From Callorhinchus milii (taxonomy: Eukaryota): a stretch of DNA of 64,000 nt. A model generated the notes under the pieces. It ran no database searches and was not told the DNA's origin. It saw only the letters and a program-made list of their open reading frames with translations. Positions within the stretch are counted from its first letter, which is position 1, and each line of letters begins with the position of its first letter. Location: assembly GCF_018977255.1 (NCBI RefSeq), contig NW_024704742.1:112842001-112906000 (forward strand), given 5' to 3'. Made by a program: the position numbers and the translations under genes. Below are positions 40,901 through 51,810 of the stretch, piece by piece.

Positions 40901-41111
40901 GTTTTAAATACAATTCATGCATAGTGCTTTCTGATTTCTGTTAGTCTGCTGGGAGATTATATAGAATGGAAAGATGCATTTTCAAATACTAAACATCTGG
41001 AACTTTGGAAATGGAGGGTTTCCCACTGAGACAAAAGTCAAATATTTTGAAACATTGACCCAATGTGAAAGGTGCTATATTAAATGCAAGGATTAATAAT
41101 AAATTACTATT

Positions 41112-41580
41112 AGTTCTGTAGCATAGTGGTTAGCGCACTCGCCTCGCAAGCGAGAGGATTCCTGGGCAGGGCAAAATCTTAGGTAGGTTTCCTTACTCCA
41201 CACACCTGTTTACCTAGCAGTAAATAGGAACCCAATTGTTAGTTGATTGGTGGATTGCTTAGGTCACTCAATCCGCAACTGTGGGACAATAGCTGTATAC
41301 AATTGGCTGCTGTGTTTTATGCGATCTTGCAAATGACTTCTGGGCAACCTTTCAAGGTTTCAATCACTATCCAGTGGATGCTATAAGATTATTGTTCAGT
41401 AGTACAAACTGGAGTTATCCCATTTCCATTATATGTGAGCCCCCTAATTTAGTTCTGATGAACAGCATGTGATGCATCTCCTTACCATTCTGCCCAGCTG
41501 GAACTACACAGATCCACAAAATACACACTTGATCCACTCCACTATATATTCTGTGAAGTGCTTTGAGACATCTCAATGAT
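41112..41580 (+). mobile_element. SINE interrupted by a ~190-bp inverted local copy
   Basis: SINE sequence stops at ~41318 and resumes at ~41514. Confidence 0.75.
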
Positions 41581-42138
41581 AATAATATATAATCCTTGCA
41601 TTTTATACTAATGCATTTTATAATCCTTGCATATTATAGTAATAATCCTTGCATTTGATATAGCCTTATTTTATTATTATAATCACCGACTATGTATATG
41701 GCAGTCCCACGAGAGCATGAGGTGCTATGTGGGATTTGCAGAATGCGCCTTCACTCTGAAAGCTAGAACAAACAATTTGATTTGGATAAATGTGGCTTCG
41801 TCTGTGCCATTCTGAACTCTGATTTGCAACTTCACCATCAGCAGTATCTGATGTAGATTGATTTGCATCGTTCAACATTTCTTAGCATGCATTAGCATAA
41901 TTAATATTTGTTTCAGATCGCAGATTTGAATAATACCAGCTAATTTCTGAGTGGGTGTTTGCTTATTGAATATGTTATTGTTCATGCTTTGGTGGTGATT
42001 GAAACAATTGACTGCACACATAACTCTGAAAAGTCTTATCCAAAAGTTGGAAAATTAGCCATAAATATCTTCAGGACACTTGAAGTAGATTAGGTAGATT
42101 CAAAAGGCGTGAAATTCCGCTCACCGTTTAATCTAGAT

Positions 42139-43024
42139 TTTAAGTGGGGTCTCCTTGGAGCTGAACTCTTGCCAAGGTGAAATGCTTGGCAACAGAATGT
42201 CAGAATCAATGTGGTCTCAGTTGTCCAGTTCCTGAACCTGGCGGGTCTGCAGTATTCCGGGGCACTCCTGATGGCAGCACAGCCAGTAGAACCTGGAAGG
42301 CTAGACCAGACACTGGGGGCATCTCATTCAGCTTCTGATAACCCTGCAAGACAAAGCTCTGAAGGGTAGGGTGATCCTAGCTGGACAAGCAGTGGAAAAG
42401 CTTGCCAGAGAGCGATATCAATGGTGAGCTATGCGGTTTTAGCTGGTTAGACTCCAGCAGTACCCCAATGCACACTCTGGGGTCCCCAAGCCTTGGTTCT
42501 TGCCATCCTGTGCCTAATACTTTCCGGAATTAGGTAAGCAGGGTGCGTGTTTCTAGGGAGAGATGGTGCATTCTATATCAACAATCTGTATTTGGAATTT
42601 CCATGTGTAGATGTGATGCATGAAATTATCAGTTTGGTTTGGATACTCTTAAACCTTTTGATGGGTTTCTGCATGTGGAGTCCTGTAGCTCAGTGGTTAG
42701 AGCACTCGCTTTGCAAGTGAGAGACCTGAGTTCAATTCCAGGCAGAGGGCGAAACCTTGGGCAAGTTTCCTTACTCCACACGCCTAATAATAATCCCTCC
42801 AAAAAAACAAAACAATAATAAATTGGTCATTTTCAATCTACGACTGTTTGTGGGACATTGCTGTGCGCAATTGGCTGCCGCGTTCGCCCACAAATATACA
42901 GTCAATTCACTTTACAGTGTGTTCTGTGAAGCGCTTTGGGACGTTCTCCCGACGTGAAAAGCGCTATATCAAATGCAAGGATTATTATTATTATTATGTA
43001 TCAGACACTCGGTTGATGAAAAAA
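42139..43024 (+). mobile_element. Copy of the ~600-nt repeat, interrupted near its 3' end by a young SINE
   Basis: Reverse-complement homologue of 11380-11985. Confidence 0.8.
42677..42997 (+). mobile_element. Full-length young tRNA/Deu-like SINE
   Basis: Near-identical to 62598-62920; short TSD atgt. Confidence 0.93.
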
Positions 43025-44261
43025 TTCAGATTTGAGGCAGAATTTAGCCATGAAAGATTTTCTTTTAGAATCACTTGTGTTCTGTGTCTGTACATTGTTT
43101 GGTTTTACTTGGAAGCAAGATATCATTAAAGTTAATGGTAAAATAGTAGCCAATGGGCCTCTTATAATGAATTTCTAACACAGTTTAATGATCTGAAAAA
43201 GTCATGAAGTGACGATACAATGTATTCTGGCAGATTCAGCTATGTAGATCCAGCTGTGCAGAATGGTAAAGAGATGCACCACATGCTGTTCATCAAAACT
43301 ATATCAGGTGGTCACATGGGATAATTCCAGTTTTTGCTACTGAACAACAAACTTATATCATCCAGTAGTTATTGATTGAAACCTTGAAAGGTTGCCCAGA
43401 AGTCATTTGCAAGATCACACGAAAAGTAACAATAAAGAAGGTCTTTCAGACCGTTTGATGCCAATCTTCCAATGTAATGATTTCCTATGGTAACAATTAT
43501 TACTTAACAGCTCAGTTAGACTGCAACAAAAGGCTGTACTTAAGTCAATTCATTACCAACAGCTGGGTTACCAGAACATTGTTAAGGTCGCCACAAACAT
43601 ACTACCCTCATGTTCTGGAACTGTTAATTTCAATGAATACCATTATTTCTATGCTGCTCTATGAATATTTCTGATTTTCTGCATCACTTTACATATGCTA
43701 ATCATGCTGTAATACTGGCCCCCATGGTTTCAAGGTAGTCTGGTATACACAGAAATACAGAGCTGGCAACAGTAAACAGTTCTGTCAGGTTAGTATAATG
43801 GAACAAGGCAGTACCTAAATGGCTATTCATTTGTCCTCATAATGTTCTCTCCTCTCTTCACAGAAGAAAGGAAGCACAGTGAACCATCTTACACACCACT
43901 GATCATCATTCCTTGGTAACGATACAGGCCCCAAACCTGTCTGCGACATATCAGCTAAAAGTTTAATTGGCCTTTCAGGATCATAGAATTTCACAAGTTG
44001 TTCTTACTTGAGCAATCTTTGATCTTTTCCATGTTCACGATTCGATTCCATTCAACATCTTCTCTAGCAGTAGTTTGTGGAGAGATATTTGCTGAGGCAC
44101 TTTGTATACTTCTGCTAGATGACTGACCATGTCTATAAGTCTCTTCATAACTTTTCTACACTGCGAAACTGACATATGCTCAATAGCTGTGACCTTTAAA
44201 ATATTAAGTTTAACACTTACTTTCATATTATCAAAGTCTAAAATTTGGGTTGGGTAATAAT

Positions 44262-44281
44262 CTGGGCCAATAGAAAAGTGC
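44262..44281 (+). repeat. Left terminal inverted repeat of the hAT element
   Basis: Exact reverse complement of 47269-47288. Confidence 0.95.
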
Positions 44282-45226
44282 AGAAATATTTGCCTCAAAT
44301 TGCAAAGCGAGTTCCAAATTCTGTGGGGCATTGCAGAGGCTTTTGCTAAATTTTGCGGGAGATTGCGCTGGTGGTGGGGGAGGGGTGGTTACTTGGTGCG
44401 ATTGAGAGATGTATTTCACATATCTTGGATTATTGGGGGAAAAAATATTTATGTTTTCTTTAACAAGAACAGAACATAACATCTTTCAAGAGATACAAAA
44501 GTACAGTTTCAAAACAGTTGCAGAGAAATTAAAATTTTCAAAATCAAATTTTCACAGAACCAAACAAAAAATTCAGAAGTTTAGTGCTGGTTAAATCTTA
44601 ACACGAGAAAAATCTTTATATTTTCTTCTGTTAGGCTTTGTCTATCTTTGAGGAGATTTAAATAAACATAAAATGACCTTTCAATGTCAGTTGTGCTCAC
44701 TGTAACAAATGTACATGTTTGCAATTTTAGCAAGTTTCACAAGTGGCTCAAGCTGAGCTCCCCATCAAGCTGCTATTTTGTGGTTAGGTGGGATATTTTG
44801 TCCAGCTACTATATAAGCAAGCCATTCGAAGTTTGAAATAGTTAAAAAGGACAGGAATCACTACATAAGTCTTTTTCTGCATCCATTGTTGCTAGATGGT
44901 AAGAATCAAAAATACAAACTACTTTATAGATAGCAATTGACGGATGTTTTTTCCAAATCAGTCCCAACTTTTCACTGCTGTCTTGCACATGATTCTCTGG
45001 AAAATGTTGAAACATATCTCTCTCACTCTCAGAACAGGCTGCTAACTTTTCCACTCCCTTTGGTCTGTACTCCTGTGCTCCAGCAATGGCACAGAAATCA
45101 ACAAACAAATGTAAATTTTGCACCCTTAAGTACAGATTGTGGCCCTGAGGCACAGGTGTTGCCTGATATTCTTCAATGAGTTTGATGAGCTCAGATGAGT
45201 GCTCTGTGTCAAAGGTTGCTTGAGCA

Positions 45227-45338
45227 AGGAAACTTGCCTAAGGTTTCGCCCTGCCGGGAATTGAACCCAGGTGTCTCGCTTGGAAGGCAAGTGCTCTAAC
45301 CACTGAGCTACAGGACTCCACTGAACTACAGGACTCCA
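45227..45338 (-). mobile_element. SINE head fragment with duplicated 5' end, 3'-truncated
   Basis: ggagtcctgtagttcagt-ggagtcctgtagctcagtgg... ending at caagtttcctt. Confidence 0.85.
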
Positions 45339-45419
45339 CATAAGGAAACAATCCCAACAGAATTGTGTTAAATGCTTTGATAATTAGTTTGCACTGTCTG
45401 TGGCAACTGCAAGCACTTT

Positions 45420-45733
45420 ATAATAATAATAATCCTTGCATTTAATATAGCGCTTTTCACGACGGAGAACGTCCCAAAGCGCTTCACAGAACACACTGTA
45501 AAGTGAATTAACTGTATATTTGTGGGCGAATGCGGCAGCCAATTGCGCACAGCAATGTCCCACAAACAGTTGTAGATTGAAAATGACCAATTTATTATTG
45601 TTTTTGGTTTTGGAGGGATTATTATTAGGCGTGTGGAGTAAGGAAACTTGCCCAAGGTTTCGCCCTGCCTGGAATTGAACTCAAGTCTCTCGCTTGCAAA
45701 GCGAGTGCTCTAACCACTGAGCTACAGGACTCC
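45420..45733 (-). mobile_element. Full-length young tRNA/Deu-like SINE inserted in the transposase
   Basis: Near-identical to copies at 42677, 55658 and 62598; (TAT)n tail. Confidence 0.92.
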
Positions 45734-46204
45734 ACTTATCAAAGTAAACCATTTTTCCTTTAAGACTCTTGGGAGAGCTTGTGCCACAGTGGGGTGGTTA
45801 GCTCACTGCAAGAATTCTACTCTAATATGAAAAGACTTCTCCCCAACTTTCTGCAGTGGCTATGCCGGAACTGCCAGAAAACTGCAGCCACTGGAATCGG
45901 TGGTCTCATCCAGGAACAAGTACACATCCATGTCCTCAACATGTTTCTTCAGAAATGCTTCATACTCAGGAAAAAACTCCTTCAAGTATGTACTACGAAG
46001 CTGTGATGGTGTTGGAATAGTCCCTCCCAATTTTAAGTACTTGCATAGAAACTCTTGGAAGGCAGGAGCTTTTTTCAAGCGGTATGTCTGCTCTAGTCAA
46101 ACACCACACAAAGTCCAGTATGAATTATTTTCTCTCCATTGATGATGCAGTGGCTCTAGAGAAGCTGGTTGTCAGAGCGAGTTGTCTTTGAGATCCAGAT
46201 CCAC

Positions 46205-46432
46205 CTTGAAAGGAAAAACTAAAAATTGATCTTGATGATGCATTTGTCATCAGAAATGTTCTGTCTATTTGTTTTTGTTTGCTGTGCTTGTTTTATGTGC
46301 TTTTAAAATCCAATCAAAAAGGTGGAAGATTAACTTTTGTAATCATACAAATTAAGATTTTTTTTCAAAATTAAAGTGAAAGCAAAAATGATACATTTTC
46401 ATTTAATATTATATGTATCAAAAGTATTTTAC
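46205..46432 (-). other. Intron 2 of the transposase gene (228 nt)
   Basis: Donor AAG|gtaaaa, acceptor tttttcctttcaag|GT, AT-rich interior; CGGBP1 similarity resumes across it (a 1-nt slip in the A-run must be assumed). Confidence 0.75.
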
Positions 46433-46589
46433 CTTTTTTTTCTTTATTGCCGCTGCCTTGTGTTCACAATGTTTCCAAGATTTCATGTGCTCATCACTGG
46501 TGAACTTGTGAACATGGTCAATTGTGTGACAGCAAACGCGACATAACAACTGTCCCCCTCTTTATAAAGGTCATCTAGATAGAGTACAA

Positions 46590-46786
46590 CAACAACAAAA
46601 TGACATTTATAGATTTCACGTCGGGAGGACGTTCCAAAGCGCTGAACAGTCAATGCCGGGGCCCGAGCATGGGGGAGGGGTGTTGTAGGGGTGAGGGAAG
46701 GCAGAGAGGTGGGAGGGAGGCCAAAGGCACGATCGAAGAGAAGGGTCTTGAGACCGGCCTTGAAGGAGGCAATGAAGAATCGGCCT
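46590..46786 (-). mobile_element. L2 LINE 3' fragment inserted in transposase exon 2
   Basis: L2 tail plus (CAA)n; TSD gagtacaa at 46582-46589 and 46787-46794. Confidence 0.9.
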
Positions 46787-46888
46787 GAGTACAATTCTAT
46801 CTGAGGGACAGATGGAAAATGGGATGTGTTGCCCCTTGGCTTCCTCACAGGATTTACAAAAACGTTTGGACATTTTGCATTGTACAAC

Positions 46889-47046
46889 CTAAAAGTGCAA
46901 GAGCCCTGATTAACACTAGGTGTATATTTCCTGAAAATGTAGTTATGTTTAAAATACTAAATATTTTAATTCCATTGGTACATCACTTACCAAGAATGTT
47001 GCAGTGGTGTGTGACTCAGCTGCTTTTCCTATCGAGGTTTACTCAC
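46889..47046 (-). other. Putative 5'-UTR intron 1 of the transposase gene (158 nt)
   Basis: Donor CTG|gtgagt; acceptor cttgcacttttag|G 15 nt upstream of the ATG at 46873. Confidence 0.6.
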
Positions 47047-47260
47047 CAGCGAAGTCGATTTCCCACACACGCCGCTTCCGCGGTCCAAAAATCCGCCGCG
47101 CATTCACCATCAGAGCCGCTCCAGCCATAGTAGCGGCATCTAGCAGACAGCATGAGAGGCCCGGGGCCTAACACGCTAAGTGTAAAAGTTAGTACCCGGG
47201 GGGCTGTTTGTAGCAGGTTTGTAGTAGATGAGGATCGTTGTAGCGGAAAATGCAGAGAAA
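47047..47260 (-). promoter_or_regulatory. CpG-rich putative promoter and first exon of the transposase
   Basis: Local CpG cluster (gccgcttccgcgg, tccgccgcg) in a CpG-poor window, lying between the TIR and a splice donor. Confidence 0.45.
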
Positions 47261-47268
47261 GTGCAGCC

Positions 47269-47288
47269 GCACTTTTCTATTGGCCCAG
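47269..47288 (-). repeat. Right terminal inverted repeat of the hAT element
   Basis: Exact reverse complement of 44262-44281. Confidence 0.95.
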
Positions 47289-47809
47289 GTAATAGCCCAT
47301 GGACTATTTATGTTCAAATGCACTTTGAACTGATACAAATGACTACAGACTTGCTTGTGACTCTTTTAGTTGTGGTTAATTCAAAATTGTCTATTCGCCC
47401 AACCTGCATTTTAAACCCTAGTATTACCAACAAATGTTAGCTTAGTAACTCCAAACACACATTTCTCCACATTAAATTCCAGCTTGGCTCTTTTAATAAC
47501 CTTGGCTACCTTTTGAAATTGGAATATTAGGTTCCTCTTTGGATGAAAATCAGATTAATATCTCATCAATGGACATGCTCATATATGCTAAGCATTTTTT
47601 TATGATATAATTCCATGCCAAAGGGAAGATTTAAGCACCTGTGGAATATTGAATTATATAACCTGGAACATCAAGATTAATTTGTCAGAAATTCGATGCA
47701 CATAACCTGCTAAAACATTTTCCATTAGCAAACTGTGTCATAATTTCCTCTAGAGTTGGATGTTCCCCTTTGTTTCCCTTGTTTAGTCTCTGAGATTCCA
47801 AGCAGATTA

Positions 47810-48045
47810 TATGCCAGCAGTATACTTCAGTGCACACTCTGGGACTCCCAAGCCTTGGCTCTTCCCATCTTGCACCTAAATTCTCCTTGATTTGGTAAAT
47901 ATGATGCATCCCTCCAGGGAAAGTGCGCAATTCATACGAGGCAAATGGAAACGATACATTTGGTATAGTTACCATACACCAACCATAAAACCAGTAGTTT
48001 TATTTGGAGACACTTAAGCACATTGATGCCTTTCTGCATGTTTCA
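47810..48045 (+). mobile_element. Decayed 3' part of the ~600-nt repeat
   Basis: gcacactctgggactcccaagccttggctct...ttctgcatgt. Confidence 0.6.
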
Positions 48046-48469
48046 GATTATAATCCTTTCATTTGATATAGCTTTTATCACGTTGTTGATACATCTTGAA
48101 GCTCTTCAGAGGATATTCTGTAGAACTGAATGACTGCAGATTTTGTGAGTTAACACAGCAGCCAATTTATGCGCAGCAATGTCCCACACACAGCCTTGAA
48201 GTGAGTAACCAATTTTATTTGGGAATTTGTTGTTTGTCTCGGGACAAAAAAAATCTTTTTTTAATATTTACAAAGTTTAAATAATGTTTTTTTTATTGGG
48301 GTGTGTTACTGGGGTAACTTGCTTGAATATTCCTATTTTATGTTTTCCTAGTCCTTGAAAAAGATTATTTTATTCCTCCATAAGGTTTAGATGCCTGGTC
48401 ATTTGAAGCTACCACTGCAAGTATCCTCTTGCTACAGATATATTGAATTTATCATAGCACTCAGACTAT

Positions 48470-48829
48470 TATAATAATATAATAATCATTGCAATTGATA
48501 TAGCGCCTTATCACATCTTCGAGACATTGCAAAGCACTTCACAAATATACTGTAAAGTGAACTAACTTTAAGGAGTATATCTTGTGGGTGAAACGTGGCA
48601 GCCAATTATGCACAGCAGTGTCCCATAAACAGTCATGGATTGAGTGACCAAATGATTTTTATTTATTTTGAAAACCAGAAAAGTGATCCGCCAATTGACT
48701 AACAACCGGGTTCCTATTTACTGCTAGGTAAACAGAGACGTGTGGAGTAAGGAAACCTGCCCAGCAAAATCAAACCCAGGTCCTCTCGGTTGCAAGATGA
48801 GTGCTCTAAATGCTAAGCTACAGGACTCC
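48470..48829 (-). mobile_element. SINE, longer subfamily
   Basis: Head and tail both recognisable. Confidence 0.82.
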
Positions 48830-49494
48830 TTAGTATTCAAATTGGATAGACCATTTTTTTATTCAGCCAGGTGTCTGACACATGTGAAAACCCATCAGCA
48901 TGCTTAAGAGAATTCAAACCAAACTGAGAGTTCCATACATCCCACCTAAACATGGAAATTCCAGAGATTTTTTAAAAATTGGATGGACAATTCATGGTTG
49001 TCATTCTTATATGCAGCATTGGAAACATACCTTCTGTTTAGTGCTGTATGTGTTCTCTAGAGTACCCAGTCACTTTTATCTGACGATTTTAGTCTCCACT
49101 GTAATCTCTTTAATCTTCTTCTGAAATAGCATTCACTCACTCGTCTATTCAATTTAAATAGTTTGATGCTTCAATTCGCCACTATTGAAAGCACCCGATT
49201 TTTCTCATTTCCTTTGACTTAAGAGCTACTTCATTGCATAAAGTTCCTACAGCAATCTTTCTTCCACAACATATAGTTGGTTTTGCCAATTCTGTGATTC
49301 TCAGGCTCTGACAGAGTATTTTTTTTTGCCACGTTTCTAACACATATTCTTAAAGACTGGACAATATTTTGGTTTGTGTTTTGCTGTTTTCCAAAGCGTC
49401 AGCAGAATTTTCTATTTACTGCCTCTACTATTTTTGTCACTGGTGGAATTTCAAATTTTGCATTTGTTTCCTTATCCCTTAATTCCCTAGCACT

Positions 49495-50165
49495 TTTATG
49501 AGCTGCTCATACCACATTCCTCTGGCCGCCTCCTTCGCTGAGCTGGCACAGGCTTCCTGTGCTTCCCGATTACACCATCGGCCACTACGTCCCCTAAGCT
49601 CTGGAATTCTCTGTCTCAATCTCTCCACCTCACCCTCTCTTCACCTATCTTGGAGTGAGTGATTAGAGTACTCGCCTCACAAGTGAGAGTCCTGGATTCA
49701 ATTTTCAGCAGGGCAAAATGTTGGGCAAGTTTCCTTACTCCATGCACCTCAGTTTATCTAGCAGTAAGTAGGAACCTGGTTGTTAGTCGATTGGCGGATC
49801 GCTTTTCCGGGAGTAATAATCCCTTGAAAAACAAAATAATGATGGTAAATTGGTCATTTCAATCCACAACTGTTCGTGGAATGCTGCTGTGCACAATTGG
49901 CTGCTGTGTTTCACCCACAAAATATACAGTCAATTAATTTAATATATTCTGTGAAGCACTTTGAAACGTCTCAAAAATGTGATAAGGCGCTATATCAAAT
50001 GCAAGGATAATTATTATCTTCAAAACACATCTGAAGGCTTACCTCTTCAAACTTTCCCCTCCCCTTCTTGCTTCTTACATATCCCGTGTCCAACTATGCC
50101 ACTGTACGGCTATCGGTGACATGATCCCACCTGAATAGCACAATATAAATACAAGTTGTTGTTAT
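49495..50165 (+). mobile_element. L2 3' end interrupted by a SINE (~49652-50018)
   Basis: L2 resumes at atcttcaaaacacatctgaag after the SINE tail. Confidence 0.78.
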
Positions 50166-50699
50166 TCACTATTATGTGAATAGTGTGATTTCTATCGTTG
50201 CATATCACTTGGCCTCTTTTTTTTATTTCTGTTCTGCATTTCTGTCCTGCTTCAACTAAAGTCAGATCTCGTTCCCTAAGCACACTTCCTCTCAGGAAAC
50301 TATCTGGCAATCCATAAACTTTCCTGTTTATGAGGATTTTGTCAGCTCACCAAATTCACAGCTTCTGGTGCAAATTCTAACTTCAGTTATATCTATCCTA
50401 ATGATCTATTTGTTACCCAGTTTTCTGCACATTTTACAAAAATGTGTCATTTGGGAATGCAAATTTTGAAGCTCATTCATTGTCATAGATATTCTCCTTC
50501 CTCAATGTGAAATTATTATTCAGCTCTGATGCTTTTTCACAGAACAATGGATGTTTCCATCTTCTCACTTATTATCTACTGCTACAGATACTAAATACAT
50601 CTCAGTTGTCCTGTTCGTGCCATGGAGGTCTGCTATATTCACTGTTGGTGACAGACTAGCCAACCTGGCTTATTAACAAGTCTAGGACAAGTCCTGCTT

Positions 50700-51062
50700 G
50701 GGAGATCTGTAGCTTAGTGGTTGGAGCACTAGCCTTGCAAACGAGAGGACCTGGGTTTGATTCCCAGGCAGGGCGAAACGTTAGGCAAGATTCTTTGCCT
50801 GGTTGTAGGAACCTGGTTGTTAGTCGATTGGCGGATCACTTTACCGGGGGTCATAATTCCTTCAAAAATGAATGAATCAGTCAATCAATCAATCAAATAA
50901 TAATTTGTTCACTCAATCCACACTTTTTGTGGGACACTGCTGTGTACAATTGGCTGATGTGTTTTGCCCACAAAATATACAGTCAATTTACTTTTCTGAG
51001 AAGCGCTTTGAGACATCTCAAAGACTTGATAAAGGGCTACATCAAATGTAAGGATTATTATA
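50700..51062 (+). mobile_element. SINE, longer subfamily
   Basis: tRNA-like head, core, tail; internal (AATC)n. Confidence 0.82.
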
Positions 51063-51214
51063 GTATGAGTAGATATTCAATGGGGGAAGGAAATCTTCAC
51101 CTCAACTCCTGTTAACCCTGCAACCCAATGCAATGGACAGAGTAGTCCTCGTCGGACAAACAATAGAAAGTTGCCAGACAATGTTTTTACAATGGAAAGC
51201 TACACAGTTTTTGA

Positions 51215-51810
51215 ACAACAACAAATTACATTTACATATGCTTTTCATATCAGGTGGATGTGTCAAAGCACTAGGCACAACTGCATTGGGGGAGAGCTAA
51301 GTAGTGGGGCAGAGCAGGAGAGGAACATGAAGCAAACTGGTATTTGCTTAACAGAGGATGCAGTGGGACAGTAGTGTCGCAGGAGATTGCAGAGGTAGGG
51401 TGGTGTAAGGAAATGGGGGAATACTTGAATTTGATCCACCGGGGGAATGGGAAGCCTAGTAAGGAGAAGGGTGATGGCTCACAGAACCCGGTGGGGTAGG
51501 AAATGGGCTGAAGAATTCTAGATCGATGGAAGCTTGTGTGGGAGGAGCTCGGAAGTAGAGTAAGTAGGTTATTTGAGCTATCAATCCTCAAAAAGATTAA
51601 CTCGTAGATGCGGGTCTCAATGGGGTGGGGGGGGGGGGAACTGTTGTTGAGGTAAGAAACTATAAGGTTTGAAGGATTGAACAAGACACTGAGGTTCTGA
51701 CCTGGCTCCATGCACCCTAATGCAGTCAGCGCCTGAGACGAGTAGGTGCTGACAGGAGTCAAGCAGGAGAGCCTCTACCTTAGAAATATTGAATTGTAGA
51801 AAGAAAGTTG
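51215..51810 (-). mobile_element. Highly decayed L2
   Basis: L2 tail and weak ORF2 similarity. Confidence 0.65.

Larger units (their letters stand above)
44581..46873 (-). pseudogene. Intron-containing hAT transposase pseudogene, CGGBP1-related (BED-type zinc finger, DDE core, C-terminal dimerisation region)
   Basis: Manual reconstruction: MSKRFCKSCEEAKGQHIPFSICPSDRIVLYLDDLYKEG/QLLCRVCCHTIDHVHKFTSDEHMKSWKH (46873-46433 minus the L2 insert); GSQRQLALTTSF...FILDFVWCLTRADIPLEK/APAFQEFLCKYLKLGGTIPTPSQLRSTYL...VYLFLDETTD; KVLAVATDSAN; TTDIERSFYVYLNLLKDRQSLTEENIKIFLVLRFNQH* (stop 44583-44581). Several frameshifts and stops. Confidence 0.9.
44262..47288 (-). mobile_element. hAT-superfamily DNA transposon with both ends, decayed and internally deleted; CGGBP-like transposase
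   Basis: Perfect 20-bp TIRs ctgggccaatagaaaagtgc (44262-44281) and gcacttttctattggcccag (47269-47288); 8-bp flanks gtaataat / gtaatagc (6/8 match); internal transposase remnants. Confidence 0.93.

Noticed and set aside
42677..42750. tRNA-Ala gene
   Set aside because: It continues into the SINE body and tail in many copies, so it is a SINE head
41320..43419. 2.1-kb DNA transposon with long TIRs
   Set aside because: The interrupted SINE resumes on the inner side of the left arm; no TSD or transposase is evident
46433..46873. A functional host CGGBP1 orthologue
   Set aside because: It lies inside TIRs and carries an L2 insertion, frameshifts and stops
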